From the NCBI RefSeq assembly GCF_006345805.1, contig NC_043009.1, positions 60,202,001 through 60,266,000 of the forward strand: a DNA stretch of 64,000 nucleotides. Reading direction: 5' to 3'. The notes under the pieces are model-generated. The model had not been told where the DNA came from. It saw only the letters and a program-made list of their open reading frames with translations, and made no database searches. Both the position numbers and the translations under genes were made by a program. Positions 1 through 13,459 of the stretch are shown piece by piece (the first letter of the stretch is position 1; each line of letters begins with the position of its first letter). Source of the DNA: Octopus sinensis (taxonomy: Eukaryota).

Positions 1-266
1 CAGCTTCGTAAATAAATAGAATACATAAACAAATAATTCTTGTGTAATATTTATTCTCAACTAATCTCATACTGAAAACATGAATCGTTACATTTCATTA
101 TATTTTATCCCAACCGCGGCCCATTATCCCGCCACTATTCAACACTGCGGCTGCGCTCCCTTTGGTTATATGCGTGTGTATTTGTGTATGCATGTATGTA
201 TGTATGTATGTATGTATGTATGTATGTATGTATGTATGTATGTATGTATGTATGTGCATGTGTTAA

Positions 267-496
267 GGCGGCGAGCTGGCAGAAACGTTAGCACGCCGGG
301 CAAAATGCGTAGCCGTATTTCGTCTATCGTTACGTTCCGAGTTCAAATTCCGCCGAGGTCGACTTTGCCTTTCATCCTCTCGGGGTCGACAAATTAAGTA
401 CCAGATACGCACTGGGGTCGATATAATCGACTTAATCCCATTGTCTGTCCTTGTTTGTCCCCTCTGTGTTTAGCCCCTTGTGGGTAGTAAAGAAAT
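267..496 (+). mobile_element. tRNA-derived SINE, family A (head ggcggcgagctggcag, tail gccccttgtgggtagtaaagaaat)
   Basis: A-box-like tggcagaa and B-box gttcaaattcc. Near-identical to copies at 11884, 15601, 30356, 56620 and 60922. It may correspond to one of the octopus OK/OR1/OR2 SINEs (not verified). Confidence 0.9.
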
Positions 497-1139
497 ATAT
501 ATATGTGCATGTGTGCGCGCGTGCGTGCGTGTGTAAGTATATATATATATATACATACGTCGATATGTATGTGTGTGTGCGTGTGCGGGAGCATACATAT
601 GTGAACGTATATAATGTGTACATATAATACATATGTATACGCATGCATTCATTTATATAAAATGTATGTGTGTGTATGTACGTGTGTGAGTGTGTGAGTG
701 CGTGTGCATGTGTTTGTGCGCATATATGTTTGCTAATGAGTTTTTTTGTGTGTATATGTGTGTACGTGTGTGCGTGTGTGTGAGGGAGAGAGAGCAGTGT
801 CTCATAATTGAATATTGTTTCACCTGGTGGCGGGGTTGAATTTGCCGCCACCCCAGTCGCTCCACCCATGCAACCCCGAAAAACTCAATATACATCAAAA
901 ATCCTTAAATGGAAAAGGGAAAAACTACATATAGACAAAAATATCTAAAATAAAAAATAGGGCACCATATTTGCCTCTGGATGAAAATATTAAACACAAC
1001 ATTCTATTTGGTTATTGTTCTTACTTTTCCGTTTGGAGAATCTTCAATAACACAGTCTAAATTTATTCCATTTATCAAATGTTTGTTCTATAAACAGCAT
1101 GGAACGATTCTCAAGGTACTCAAAGTTGGTCTCGAGTAA

Positions 1140-1444
1140 TCTTTATATATAAAATTGAAGTTGTGTGTGTGAGACTCTGTCTCCTCCGATTTAGATTCCT
1201 AACTACTCCCACATTTTGGGGTGCAGTTTAACCAAAAGCGGGTATCTTATAGTCGTCATTCATATCGAGCCCTTCTGGGTATTAGCGCGCGTCTACGATG
1301 TGTCTACGATTTTTTAAAAAATTACCATCATTTTTCCGCATTTTTAATGATTTTTGCTCGGTTTTATAAGGGAAGTAACTATCTAAAAATGCTTATATAG
1401 TTATTTCCCTTACAAATCCGAGCAACGCCGGGCGATACTGCTAG
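1140..1444 (+). mobile_element. non-autonomous Helitron, family H1
   Basis: Starts TC after A and ends ccgagcaacgccgg hairpin...CTAG before T, with no TSD. A second copy lies at 10628. Confidence 0.85.
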
Positions 1445-1943
1445 TTCTTTACCAAAATTTTATTTACAAAGCTCGTCTCACGGCTGGCAGCGTTAATAGC
1501 AATTGTTAAAAACATCTGCAGTTGAACTACAATATTTGGGACCGAATTCCCCTGATTATTCTTCTATTCTTACAATAAAATTTCCTTCTGCGTATCTGTT
1601 TCGTTGAGCGTATCAGCAACAGCATTAAAATGCTGACGTTTGTTTCTCTCTGTGAAGAAATCCTCCCTATCAATGTCATCAGAGTCGTGATCTAGTCGTC
1701 ACTCATATTTATCGTCCAAAACATTAGATGGAGTAAGGAAAATATTTGTCACGGTAAGTTCAAACAGCTGCCGAAAAGATTTTTCTCGAATTACTCTGTT
1801 CAACGAGGAAGAAAAATTATTCAGTTTTGCTTTGCAATCAGCCTATCCTTCAACGTCAGTCTTCTTATTAATTCCTTCTTGATAACTCTGTAAGACCACA
1901 TTCTCTTCTACAAGGAGTTCAATTTCATGACACGTGTACCCTT

Positions 1944-2068
1944 AACTATGTTAAGGGTACACGTGTCTGTGGAGTGTTCAGCCACTTACACGTTAATTTC
2001 ACGAGCAGGCTGTTCCGTTGATTCGGATCAACCGGAACCCTCGTCGTCGTAACCGACGGAGTGCTGCC
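1944..2068 (+). mobile_element. 5'-truncated 3' part of SINE family E2
   Basis: Matches 39560-39688 (gttaagggt.cacgtgt...ttcacgagcaggctgttccgttgattcggatcaaccgg...gacggagtgc). Confidence 0.8.
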
Positions 2069-2177
2069 CTTAAAAAAATCCCTTGAAGCTAACGAACTCT
2101 TTAAAGTTCAATAATCAATTTAATTTAATGCTGATTCGAATTCTGAATGTGTTTCAACTTCAGTTGTTGTATAAACA

Positions 2178-2210
<33 letters not shown>

Positions 2211-4074
2211 CACTACCACCACCACTAAATATAGAACAAGTTATTTCATTAGTACCGCTTCACTCATTTTTTACACACATTCCCCATCTACTTTGTTTTG
2301 CTTTTTCCAGTTTTCTTTTTAAATAGCATCAGATTAATAGAAGCATAAAATATTTATTAACCTAATAATTAATTAATTTCTTGGATATTTTGTTAAGAAA
2401 GAGTTATTTATGGGGTATTTCCATTTTTATCAAAATAAATTTTATACACGCATGCTATTATTAATTAGATACAATTAAGCTCTTAATATGTATGAGGGTC
2501 AATAAGGTCATCTTCAAAGGGTGTAAACTTTATATCTGACGGCACTAATCTGTGTTTTTGCCGAAAATATTGCTTGGTGTCTTGTACTGTTATACTGTCC
2601 CTCTAATAAACCAAAAATGCTTCCTCAAAATAAGCGATCCAGGTTGCACCGCCTCGCATCCTTTCAACTATTCCATGTGTATAGAAAAATGTGTGTTTGT
2701 CTGTTTGTACGTTTACATACTCATTTTGCAAGATTCTTGAAGTGAATTTGTGTGTTGAAACATATATTGTTGTATTTGGGGATGGTCATGTTGCCAGTTT
2801 AGCCAATGAAAACACATGCGCTATATATTTGCTGTTCACTTGCTTCAACTTTATTTTATATTAATTGTATTTCGGCCAGAGTTCTTTCGTCACACTTCTG
2901 TGATCTTACCAGTAATCTTTTGCTTTCTTCTTTCTCTTTTTTTGTGTGTGTTTCTCTCCTTACTAACGATCTGCCATTTTGTATTCCTGTTGTATGTGTC
3001 TTTATTTGCGCATGCGTATATCCCTGTGTGTCTTTATTTGCGCATGCGTATATCCTTGTGTGTGTCTGTGTTTAGTAAGTGTGAGTGGGGAATGTATATG
3101 GTACGTGCATTGTCATTCTCCTGTTTATACACGTCCAATTTAGGGATAGGAATGGGATTTGCCTACTCTATAGGAGCAAGTCATGGAATACCATTGAAAG
3201 GACTAAGAAGAAAATAAGGAAGACCAACTCATGGTATGATAGCCACAAATACCAGAGTGTCATGAGGCTGTATTCATTAGTGGTACGCATTATTTTCACG
3301 AATTGTTTTCTTATAGTAACTTTAGAGACAAAATACAATATTCGATTCACAGTAACTAATTATTTCAAGTGTAAAAATAGACCAAGAACTATCCGTTGGT
3401 GTAATCCCGTATGTAGTCTAAATGTCTACATCCATATTGCGAGAGATATCTTAAATTTAGTTGCCTTACATTTTCCGATATATCATAAGATCATAAAATT
3501 ATAAATAGCAACATTGAAATACGATTAAGCTAAACGAGTCATGTTGTAAAATCCAGCAAATTCCATTTATTTTACAATCCCTTTCATGTATCGATATCAT
3601 TCAACAGATAATTTGAGGTGATTGCCAATCAAGTATTAATTTGGGGATATTTCCAATCAGAAAACAGCACCAGCCCACGACAGTTCATCGTGGTCAGGAG
3701 ACCTCCTTACATTCTAGAAGTACAGTGATGTAACTTCACGACAGCAAGCTGCAAATATATATATCATCACATGATACACATAGACCAATGAGAACGATGC
3801 TTACCAACGACGAAGAGGGATTTGTCTTTCAAGCAGTATGTGTCTAAATTATAATTTACAGCGACCATCTGAAAGATTAGACGTGTGTGATTAACGCTAA
3901 CATAAAAAAAAAACTGCTCAGCAAATTATATACGTGTGTGTGTATGTGTGAGCGTGATTTTGCGCGTGTGTGTGAGTGTGAGTGTGTGTGTGCATTTGTG
4001 TGTGCGGGTGCGTGTATGGACCTTTTGAGGTGTTCAGAGACATTCACATACACACTTAGGTATGCACACACACA

Positions 4075-4255
4075 ATACATACATACATACATGCATACAT
4101 ACATGCATACATACATACATGCATACATACATACATACATACATACATACGTACATACATACATACATACATACATGCATACATACATGCATACATACAT
4201 ACATACATACATACATACATACATACATACATACATTCATACATACATACATACA

Positions 4256-4289
<34 letters not shown>

Positions 4290-4762
4290 CATTCTCACAC
4301 TCGAAGCGGACAAGACATACTTTCTGACATGCATGTATATATACATATATATGTAGGTATGTACATATATGTATGTATATATGCATATATTTATATATTG
4401 TTTATATTATTATATATACATATATGTATGTATGTATATGTATGTATGTATGTATGTATGTATTTATGCATGTATATGTGTATGCATGCATGTACGCATA
4501 TATGTATGTATTTATGCATGCATATGTGTATGCGTGCATGCATGCATGTATGTATGTATGTATGTATGTATGTATGTATGTATGTATGCATGCATGTATG
4601 TATGTATGTATGTATGTATGTATGTATGTATGTATGCATGCATATATGTATGTATGTATGCATGTATGTATGTATGTATGTATGTATGTACGTACGTATG
4701 TATGTATGTATGTATGTATGTATGTATGTATGTATGTATGTATGTATGTGTGTATGTATGCA
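4075..4762. repeat. (CATA)n followed by (TATG)n tetranucleotide microsatellite blocks
   Basis: Read directly; explains the MYVC/HTYI ORFs. Confidence 0.95.
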
Positions 4763-6084
4763 TGTATACAAACTTGTCGCTAGTGGCGCGGTTACCAATG
4801 GAGTAACATCCGCTGGTAATGTACGTAAACATCATATTACAGCATCACCAAGTATCATAAAACTCACTGGATGAAGAGGGATGCTTACCATGAGATATTA
4901 TTAGGCAACATGTACAGCAGCGATACATCCTAGTTATATTATAAAATTGCTTTCTGTAATTAGATATTTTTTTGTTCCATGTAGTAACGAGCCTTCTGGT
5001 GAATATCATGGCTGACACCCTCTTTAATCAACGCTGTTTATTGTAACAAAGACTCTATTTTCTGTGATAGCCTTCAGTATTCTTTATTACATTATCCGAC
5101 AACAAGAGTGTATGTGTTCATTATGTGTTCTAATGTTAAATTCAATTATCTCTGCTTTTGCGTTGGATGCCGTAGACATGTTTCTGTTGTTGTTATTGTT
5201 TTTGCTATTGTAATTCTTATAGTACTGGTCACCTCTCATTCCTTAACATTCTAAAAATCAATACATTCTTTTTCCTCTAATGATGAACGAGTAACGTATT
5301 TAAAATAACGAATGAATACTGTGTTAAAACTGTACGTAAGGATGATAGATGGTAGAATTGGTAGAACAGCTTATGAAATACGCCGAGGTGTTCTCTTATG
5401 TTCCTTTAGGTTCAAAGTTCAAATCTGAGCAATTTCTACTTAGCCGCAACGACGCCATCAGGAGTTGATGGCGCAAATACGGAAGGAAGGAAAAAAGAAC
5501 TGTTCCTTACTAATTTGATTTGTACCAATATTTCAATCTAAGTAATCATATATACTGCAGCTTTATCATCAAAGATGTCAAACTGTAACTATGCTGTGTT
5601 TTTTTTGTTTGTTTTTTTGTTTTGTTTTTATTTTTTGGTTTTTTGTGGGGGGAGAGGGTCTTTTTTGATACAGTATATTTAGTAAGGTGTGATCTGAAGG
5701 AGATATGGTTGCTATTTTTAACAAGTTCCTATGACTGTCTAAAGGCTTCTTCTTTGGCTGGCTGCCGTTGCTGTAGGAGACACCGCTGTCTTCTATTATA
5801 ATTGCTTTCACTCTACAAACTGAGCTTTTATACTTGCATGCTGTTTCATTGTAACCATTTAAAAGTAAATAAAATTAACTCTAGATGAATGACAGGCAAA
5901 GATAAACGTCAGGTTCTGTAATTAAATACCAGTTATTTTTGTCCGATGCCTTAACGATCCTGTCAATCCATCGCTCACATCGGGATCGAAACCGAACTAG
6001 TCGTGGATAAAGATTGTAACAACGAAACATGTTACTACAGTCAGTTACCTTGTTTACCACAACAGCCTCTCCTTAAAATCGTGG

Positions 6085-6258
6085 TTTCAAATTTTGGCAC
6101 GAGGCCGGCAATTTCGAGAGAGAGGGTATAAGTCGATTACATTCGACCCAGTATTCAACTGGTACTTAGGTTATCGACCCCAAATGGATGAAAGGCAAAG
6201 TCGACCTCGGCGAAATTTTAGCTCAGAACGTAAAGACGGACGAAATGCCGCTAAGCAC
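6085..6258 (-). mobile_element. SINE family B fragment (same head and centre as A, different tail)
   Basis: Reverse complement of cttagcggcatttcgtcc...gtcgactttgcctttcatcc...aagtaccagt. Confidence 0.75.
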
Positions 6259-6779
6259 GTTACAACAGCCAGTTACCTTATTTCACACACCAGCTTCTCC
6301 TTAAAATATTCATTGACTAAATAATTAACGTAGGCTCGAATTTAACTCTGTCATTCAACCTCACAAGAGATTTATGAATCAGAGAATTAGAATTTATGAA
6401 TCAGAGAATAAGAGAACATTCTCACTTACAGCAAGATTAATATCTCACGAGAAAAGTTTTGGCCGCTTCTTGCTTTCACTGAGCGACAAAATAAACAGAT
6501 AGAGAGTTAATTTAATACGTGCACGTTGAACTATTGAATGTATATGCATAATTTTACTCTAATTATTAAGATTAAATTTAAAAGAATCTTTGATAATACT
6601 GGCGTATAATTCATGTAATCAGAGACTTGCTTAGTGTATTTGTATATTGAAGATACATGATTAACATAGTGTTAAATTTCACCACGTATCGCCGTTAGCA
6701 CAGAAATTGTGAATGTCCCAGTATTTCGATAGCTTAGATCAACAGAAGACAGTATAGCCATATCAATGTGTGTGTACAT

Positions 6780-6842
<63 letters not shown>

Positions 6843-7051
6843 AATGTGTGCGTGCGTGTGCATTCAAGCCACGATAGATAAGTTCAGCTGATATATATAT
6901 GTATATATATAATACTCATTCTTATTCAATATTTTTATTTCTTTTTTGTACATTCAAGCATATATATATGTGAGTGTGTATGTAAATACATTAAATACAT
7001 ACATATGCATGTATATACATACATACATACATACATACATACATACATACA

Positions 7052-7085
<34 letters not shown>

Positions 7086-7626
7086 CATAAATGTACTTAT
7101 ACATATACACATATCGGATTGAACCCACATAGCTCTAAGCATATTATTGTCGCAATTAATTCGTGTAATTAGCGGCACCAATAGCAAGATAAAGTTGACA
7201 ACGTTTTCATTGTCCTCCATTACTGTGTTCAACGCCTACACAAAAGAAACCCTTCCAGCGACCAACCGATGTCTTATGATTTACTGGTCATCAGTGTATT
7301 GGATGGACTTTTGTGATTCGGATAGGATTACACTTATTATCAGTATCGATTCATGAAACCTAAATCTGTTTCTGATATACCTGATTTCTTTTTATGCTGT
7401 GTTGTTTCTTGTGGCTATATAATCTAAGACATTTACTCCATAACTGCTTGTTTTCTGATTCACTCCTACTGCACGCCAACTAGCGAAACTCTGTTCGGCT
7501 GTAATCTTTGGACTGTGAAAGCACTGCAAGCGAAATTTGATAAACGAAAACGATATCGAAGCACTTCTGAGAGGTTATTCTTGCTCTAAGGTGGTACACT
7601 TAATCCGCTACCCGATTTAGCACTAC

Positions 7627-8070
7627 TGTCTGGTTCTTGGATACCTTTAGAGGAGTACATGGGGCTGCCTGCTGACAGGTGACGGTCGTTTAGAAAAAGC
7701 GCGGGCTAAAACTACGCGCCTTCGCTAGTCAGTTAAGGTGAGACAGTGTCACGTGACAACTTGCTGGGGCTGCCTGCTGGAGCCTATGCGGCAGGTATTT
7801 AAAGGGAAAAATTTAAGACAGTCAGTCACCGGCTGACACTCGCTGACAATACATCGAAGAGGCCAGAGAACAGAAGAAAGAAGACATGCACCCAACACCA
7901 GAGCTGAAGACACCTCCGAATGGGGGGGGCCGCCACGTCAAAACGGTAGAGGAGTAAGGGCCGAAACCGGACGTGGTTCCCCCTGATGATGTCTTGAGCT
8001 AACTGGATCCTATAAAGGAGCTGTTGTTGTAGCAGACCACGAAACACGGTTGTAAATCCCCCTAGTCATG
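7627..8070. mobile_element. GC-rich non-SINE segment, possible solo LTR
   Basis: Abrupt GC-rich block with the internal repeat ggggctgcctgctg twice and a TATA-like tatttaaa. TG...CA ends and TSD not established. Confidence 0.3.
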
Positions 8071-8657
8071 TTTTAAATTTGAAGCTAACTTCCTTTTTCC
8101 CACCAATTTCTGATGTCTTGGAAACTGCTGTGTGGCCACCTTTCTTTCTCTGAATAATTCATTAAAATATTTTTAAATGCTTAACCAGCATAAGTAAACA
8201 GCTTCGTGGTTGCATCATATAGAACGCGTTGCTTCCATCATATTGACTTTCTACATGGCAACTGGTAAGAATGAACGTCTGTCTGCAAAGACAAGGACAA
8301 ATCTTGCACAGATGATTGATGATATTTTATGATATTTTATGTGACTAAAATACATGATACATGATGTTGCCAATAGATTCGAGGATATTATAGTTACTAC
8401 ATTTCATGTATAGAGAGAGACAGACAGGTAGGTATATACAGACACAGTCAGATATTTTGACACAACATACATGCACATATATCTATTTTGTATGTGTGTT
8501 TGTATGTGTGTGTGTGTGTGTGTATAAATACATATATGTGTGTATCCACACACACGCACATATAGAGAGAGGGGGAGAGAGAGAGGGTGGAAGCGAGTGA
8601 AAGGGAAATTATAAGCATGTGTGTATATATGTATGTGTGTGTATATATATATATATA

Positions 8658-9049
8658 CGAGCAAAACGCCCCACCGTCCAATGGATGGTGCTGAGTTGTC
8701 AAACATTTAAACCAAATTTCCTCAAAACAACTTGTCCGACCGTCCAATAGGCCTCCCCTTTGAGAAACACTGAATTAATCTAAATTTAAAACACCAGCAA
8801 AAGAAGAAATAAAGATAGATTTTTTTCTATTCCAAAGAAAAATGATTTCCCACGGCTTTATCGATCGCATTCTCACCTGGAATCGATTTTTGTAATTTTT
8901 TTCCACACTTATACTCGCCCTGATATCGTCGGTATCTACATGTCAAATTTGAGCGCAATCGGATGGAGAATTTTCTTGTTTTCAGATTTCCGACATTTTG
9001 CTTAAGACAATAAAGACACACACAAACACAAAACGGATTTTATATAAGA
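8658..9049 (-). mobile_element. Helitron-like non-autonomous element, family H2
   Basis: On the minus strand it starts tcttatataaaatccg and ends with a caccatccattggacggtg hairpin plus ttgCTCG|T. Partial copies at 31544-31750 and 35980-36085. Confidence 0.65.
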
Positions 9050-9761
9050 GGTATGTATATATATATATTCCTTATGTATACACTATGTGCGCGTGCGTAG
9101 CATGTGTGTCTGTGTCTTGTGTCTGTTCTAGAACGCCAAACTGTTTCTCTGATAGATTATTATTACTTTAAGCCAAGAAGTAGTGAAACATTCAGACAAA
9201 TTAGAATGACTTCAGTTACAAAACACATATCAGTGTCATACAAAAGCAGACGTAAAGGCCGCCATTGAATAGAATTTTCTTGTTTTCAGATTTCCGCCAT
9301 TTTGCTTAGGACAATAAATTAATGTTGTAAAACGAGAAACGCACAGGAAATACTAGAAGAATGAGAATTTCAATGAGTGAATCGTGAGCATAATAATGGA
9401 AACAAACTGTTTCTGTGAAACATAATTAAGAACGTCTTAACAAGATGGCAGTGGTTGACACGGTAGCGTGTCGAACACATGCCTTATAGTATTTAGTTAC
9501 ATAAAGAACAACCCGATAAATTTAATCAGGAGAAAACAGGCTGAAGTCTATTCTGGCAGAAAGTGAACAAGCAAATATTTAATTAGTTTCAAATCTCTGA
9601 ATTGTTAGTTCATCTCCCCCAGAATCGATAGAATAAATCGGAGGCACATATTTAATTTTTATCGTCTATAGATCACCCGTTTCGCTTTTTTAAAATCTTC
9701 GATATTGTAGAAATGAATTTACTTCTTTTCTCTTTTTTTTTTTACAAATTATAAACGATTA

Positions 9762-10163
9762 GACGCAGGAATGGCTGTGTGGTAAGTAGCTTGCCTACCA
9801 ACCACATGATTCTGAGGTCAGTTCCACTGCGTGACATCTTGGGCAAGCGTCTTCTACTATAGCCTCGGGCCGACCAAAGCCTCGTGAGTGGATTTGGTAG
9901 GCGGAAACTGAAAGAAGCCCGTCGTATATATGTATATGTATAAATATGTGTGTGTGTGTGTCTGTATTTGTCCCCGAAACATCATTTGACAACCGATGCT
10001 GGTGTGTTTACGTCCTCGTAACTTAGCGGTTTGGCAAAAGAGACCGATAGAATAAGTACTAGGCTTACAAAGAATAAGTCCTGGGGTCCATTTGCTCGAC
10101 TAAAAGGCGGTGCTCCAGCATGGCCGCAGTCAAATGACTGAAACAAGTAAAAGAGTAAAAGAG
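9762..10163 (+). mobile_element. tRNA-derived SINE, family C (head gcaggagtggctgtgtggtaag, internal TA/TG tract, tail aagtaaaagag)
   Basis: Full-length match to copies at 21203, 27652, 32680, 40450 and 59375. Confidence 0.9.
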
Positions 10164-10627
10164 ATTGTATTGTAATAAATTATTACAAATTATTAATTAT
10201 CGAGAACAGAACTAATTGATTTAGAGAAACCTTAAAGTGAAATTCTTTAATGGCTATAACTTACATGTACGAAACTATGGCTTCACAAACTGATGTCATA
10301 TAATGATGATTTTGTATAATACATGATGAAACATAGATCTTACTTAAGCGATAATTGAAGAGACGGTTACGCAGACCACGAATCCACATAGCGAATTATT
10401 TTACATGGAATTTAATTAATAGTTGATTGTAATTATAATAATGAAATATAATTCGTTCCAACAAATGTTTTCCCGTTCGTAAACACGAAATCTGTTGTCA
10501 AAGCAGACTAGCGTTGGAGTCTTTATGTAGTCATTTGAACCGTTAGAAATAGCAGTCAAATTACCCTCATATAGCAAACATTACTGTTTTAAATTAGGAA
10601 GAAATTTACTGGATAATATAGTCCAAA

Positions 10628-11024
10628 TCTTTATATATATAAGGGAAGTTGTGTGTCTGTCTCCTACGATTTAGATTCCTAACTACTCCCACATTTTGCG
10701 GTGCAGTTTAACCAAAAGCGGGTATCTTATAGTCGTGATTCATATCGAGCCCTTCTGGGTATTAGCACGCGTCTACGATGAGTCTACGATTTAAAAATAA
10801 ATTTACCATCATTGTTTTCCATTTTAATGCATTTTTTCGCTATTATATAAGGGAAGTAACTCTCTAAAAATGTCTACGATGAGTCAACGATTTAAAAAAA
10901 AATTTACCATCGTTTTTTTTCCACTTTTAATGCATCTTTTTGCTATTTTTTGCTATAACTCTCTAAAAATGCTTATATAGTTATTTCCCTTACAAACCCG
11001 AGCAATGCCGGGCGATACTGCTAG
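10628..11024 (+). mobile_element. non-autonomous Helitron, family H1, with internal duplication
   Basis: A|TC start and cccgagcaatgccggg hairpin plus CTAG|T end. About 90 bp longer than the 1140 copy owing to a repeated gtctacgatgagtc..tttaccatc block. Confidence 0.85.
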
Positions 11025-11883
11025 TTATTCATAAAAATGTTGAGTGGTTATAACTAGATTGTCTTTAGCCAACGGTCTACTCTGTCAGAGTTGATCTGGG
11101 CTAAGTATCCTTATCATCAATGCGAGTTCCATTTTCCAAAATGGGAACTCCTCTGACCCTGCCAACCATCGTGCTATCGCAGTCAAAGAAGATCACTTAC
11201 TAGACTTAAGTTCTTCGCTCCTTTCGCATCTGTTCTTGATTCTGGGTTGTCATTTCTGCTTCTCTCTAGTTCGATCCCTGATTCCTTGTAAGTTCCTTCC
11301 AGATTTCGCAGCACTGCGTCATATATTTCCCTGGAGTTAGGCCTTTTCCCAGGCATTGTAAGTTTTGAATTGTCATAGATGCGTCTGTAAATTTGCTTTT
11401 TTTTCTTCTATACAAATCCATTTTTACCTCTGGGAAGGCTGATCCATATTAGTCTGGCCACTATATTTTGGCCTCTCCCGTATGGGAAATCCTAGTAGGA
11501 TCTCTGCTGGTGTAGCTCTCTAGATCAGTGAGGCATGCAAGTCATCACACTGCAACGGGGACTGGAATTAGTGATGGGGACAGTCAATAAGAAGAATCTT
11601 CTCCAACATTTGCAATCTCACTCTTTCGTTGTATCTTTCACAGTTAGATCTATTGGAGACACACTTCTATGAAAATCCCCATAGAGCTTTCACCCTTGAT
11701 AAAGTTGGTGGAAGTAGAAATTTGGTTTTGACATCAGTAACGATTTGATAATTTCTGGCACATGAAACCTCTGGTAAAACTATTCGTCTGTCGGATCATT
11801 TTATCTCTTAACTCTTGAATATATGGCTTTGTGTTAGATTTAACTGTTTCAGTATATATTGATGGTGTTCTCTACGTGACCAA

Positions 11884-12122
11884 AAGGCGGCGAGCTGGCA
11901 GAAACGTTAGCAAGCCCGGGCGAAATGCTTAGCGGTATTTCGTCTGCCGCTACGTTCTGAGTTCAAATTCTGCCGAGGTTCACTTTGCCTTTCATCCTTT
12001 CGGGGTCGATTAAATAAGTACCAGTTACGCACTGGGGTCGATGTAATCGACTTAATCCGTTTGTCTGTCCTTGTTTGTCCTCTCTATGTTTAACCCCTTT
12101 TGGGTAGTAAAGAAATAGGAGC
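11884..12122 (+). mobile_element. SINE family A, full length
   Basis: 15 bp TSD tctctacgtgaccaa at 11869-11883 and 12123-12137. Confidence 0.95.
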
Positions 12123-12374
12123 TCTCTACGTGACCAAGCCTCTATCAAATCTGAAATGCTCCACGGTCTGTCTTAATTGTATTGTCTTTCTTTGGATACA
12201 GTGAATGAGGCTCGATTGTGTGAAATAGCAGCACCGTCCCAAATAAGTATGGTAGCTGTACTCTAGCATATATCTCCTTCTTTTTCTTGTTCTTGTTGTT
12301 ACTTTTTAGTCTAAGGCGAAACCTGAACGGACACATCTCGGATCAAAAGCGTTCCAGCTGTGTTTCACAGCGGA

Positions 12375-12612
12375 GGGGGGGCGACCCCTGTTGTACTCTT
12401 TCGCTCCAACTTTCTCTAACTCTTTCTTCCTGTTTCTTGTCCCCGACTTCCTACGCAACCGGTGAGCCTGGATGCGCATTCATCCATCCGTCGATGCTCT
12501 CGGTGTCAGGGGTTGACCTGCTTTCTCTTCTGCGGGTCTTACGAATAGCAAAGGACCACGTTTCGGTCTTCTCCCATTGGACGAAGACCGCTACGCTCAA
12601 CAACAACAACAG
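12375..12612 (+). mobile_element. SINE family E1 body and tail
   Basis: Matches the reverse complement of 55593-55850 and ends in a (CAA)n tail. Confidence 0.8.
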
Positions 12613-13006
12613 CAAGCTCCGTGGCAGATACTACAGCTATTTTCAGAGCACCACTAATCGCTGCTCCTCCGAGAATAACAAGAGCAATGAAATCGCCTCG
12701 TCTTCAGTGTCACAAGCACCAATTGCAAGCGTTGACCTATCTCCTCCTCTAGCTCAGGACCGGCCACAGGCTAACGAGCAGCAGTACCACTCCGACGTCT
12801 TGTGCGTTGGAGAGAAAAAAATGGAGATGTAGATGAATGGGAAACTGTTGGGGGCACAGTAGGGAACGAAAGAGGGGGCAAAAGAAATACGAGTTTACGC
12901 AAATGGCAAACAATAGGCTTGAAGTCTCTTACTAAGATCTCATCCCCACGGTATCTATGAACTTTATGGTTATCCAAAAAGGTGATTGCAGTATAATTAA
13001 TCTATT

Positions 13007-13255
13007 TTTTCTTTTGCGCCCTTTTAAAGCCTAGCCAGGCTCATGGGCCCGGTTTCTATGGCGTATGTGTTCCCCAACTGGACGGAACGCCAGTCCATCG
13101 CAGCGTTACTCATTTTTCCCAGCTGAGTGAACTGGAGGAACGTGAAATGAAGTGTTTTGCTCAAGAACACAATGCGTCGCCCGGTCCAGGAATCGAAACC
13201 ACAATCTTACGATCATGATGCTGACACCCTAACCACTAAGCCACGCGCCTCCACA
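13007..13255 (-). mobile_element. tRNA-derived SINE, family F, with a CORE/Meta-like central domain
   Basis: Minus strand has A box tggcttagtgg, B box gtttcgattcc and gtgttcttgagcaaaacactt. 12 bp TSD aattaatctatt at 12995-13006 and 13256-13267. Confidence 0.85.
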
Positions 13256-13338
13256 AATTAATCTATTACTGTTCCTAAAAGAGCAGGAATTAAATACCAT
13301 ACTAATTGAGATAGAGAGGCACCAGTAACAGCAGCATT

Positions 13339-13459
<121 letters not shown>

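Noticed and set aside
4062-4874. 270 aa ORF and the other MYVC/HTYI/IYIY ORFs
   Set aside because: They are translations of (CATA)n, (TATG)n and (TA)n repeats, which lack stops in some frames.
7960-7995. gaaa...ctgatga permuted hammerhead in the LTR-like block
   Set aside because: There is no room for stem I and no stem II complement.
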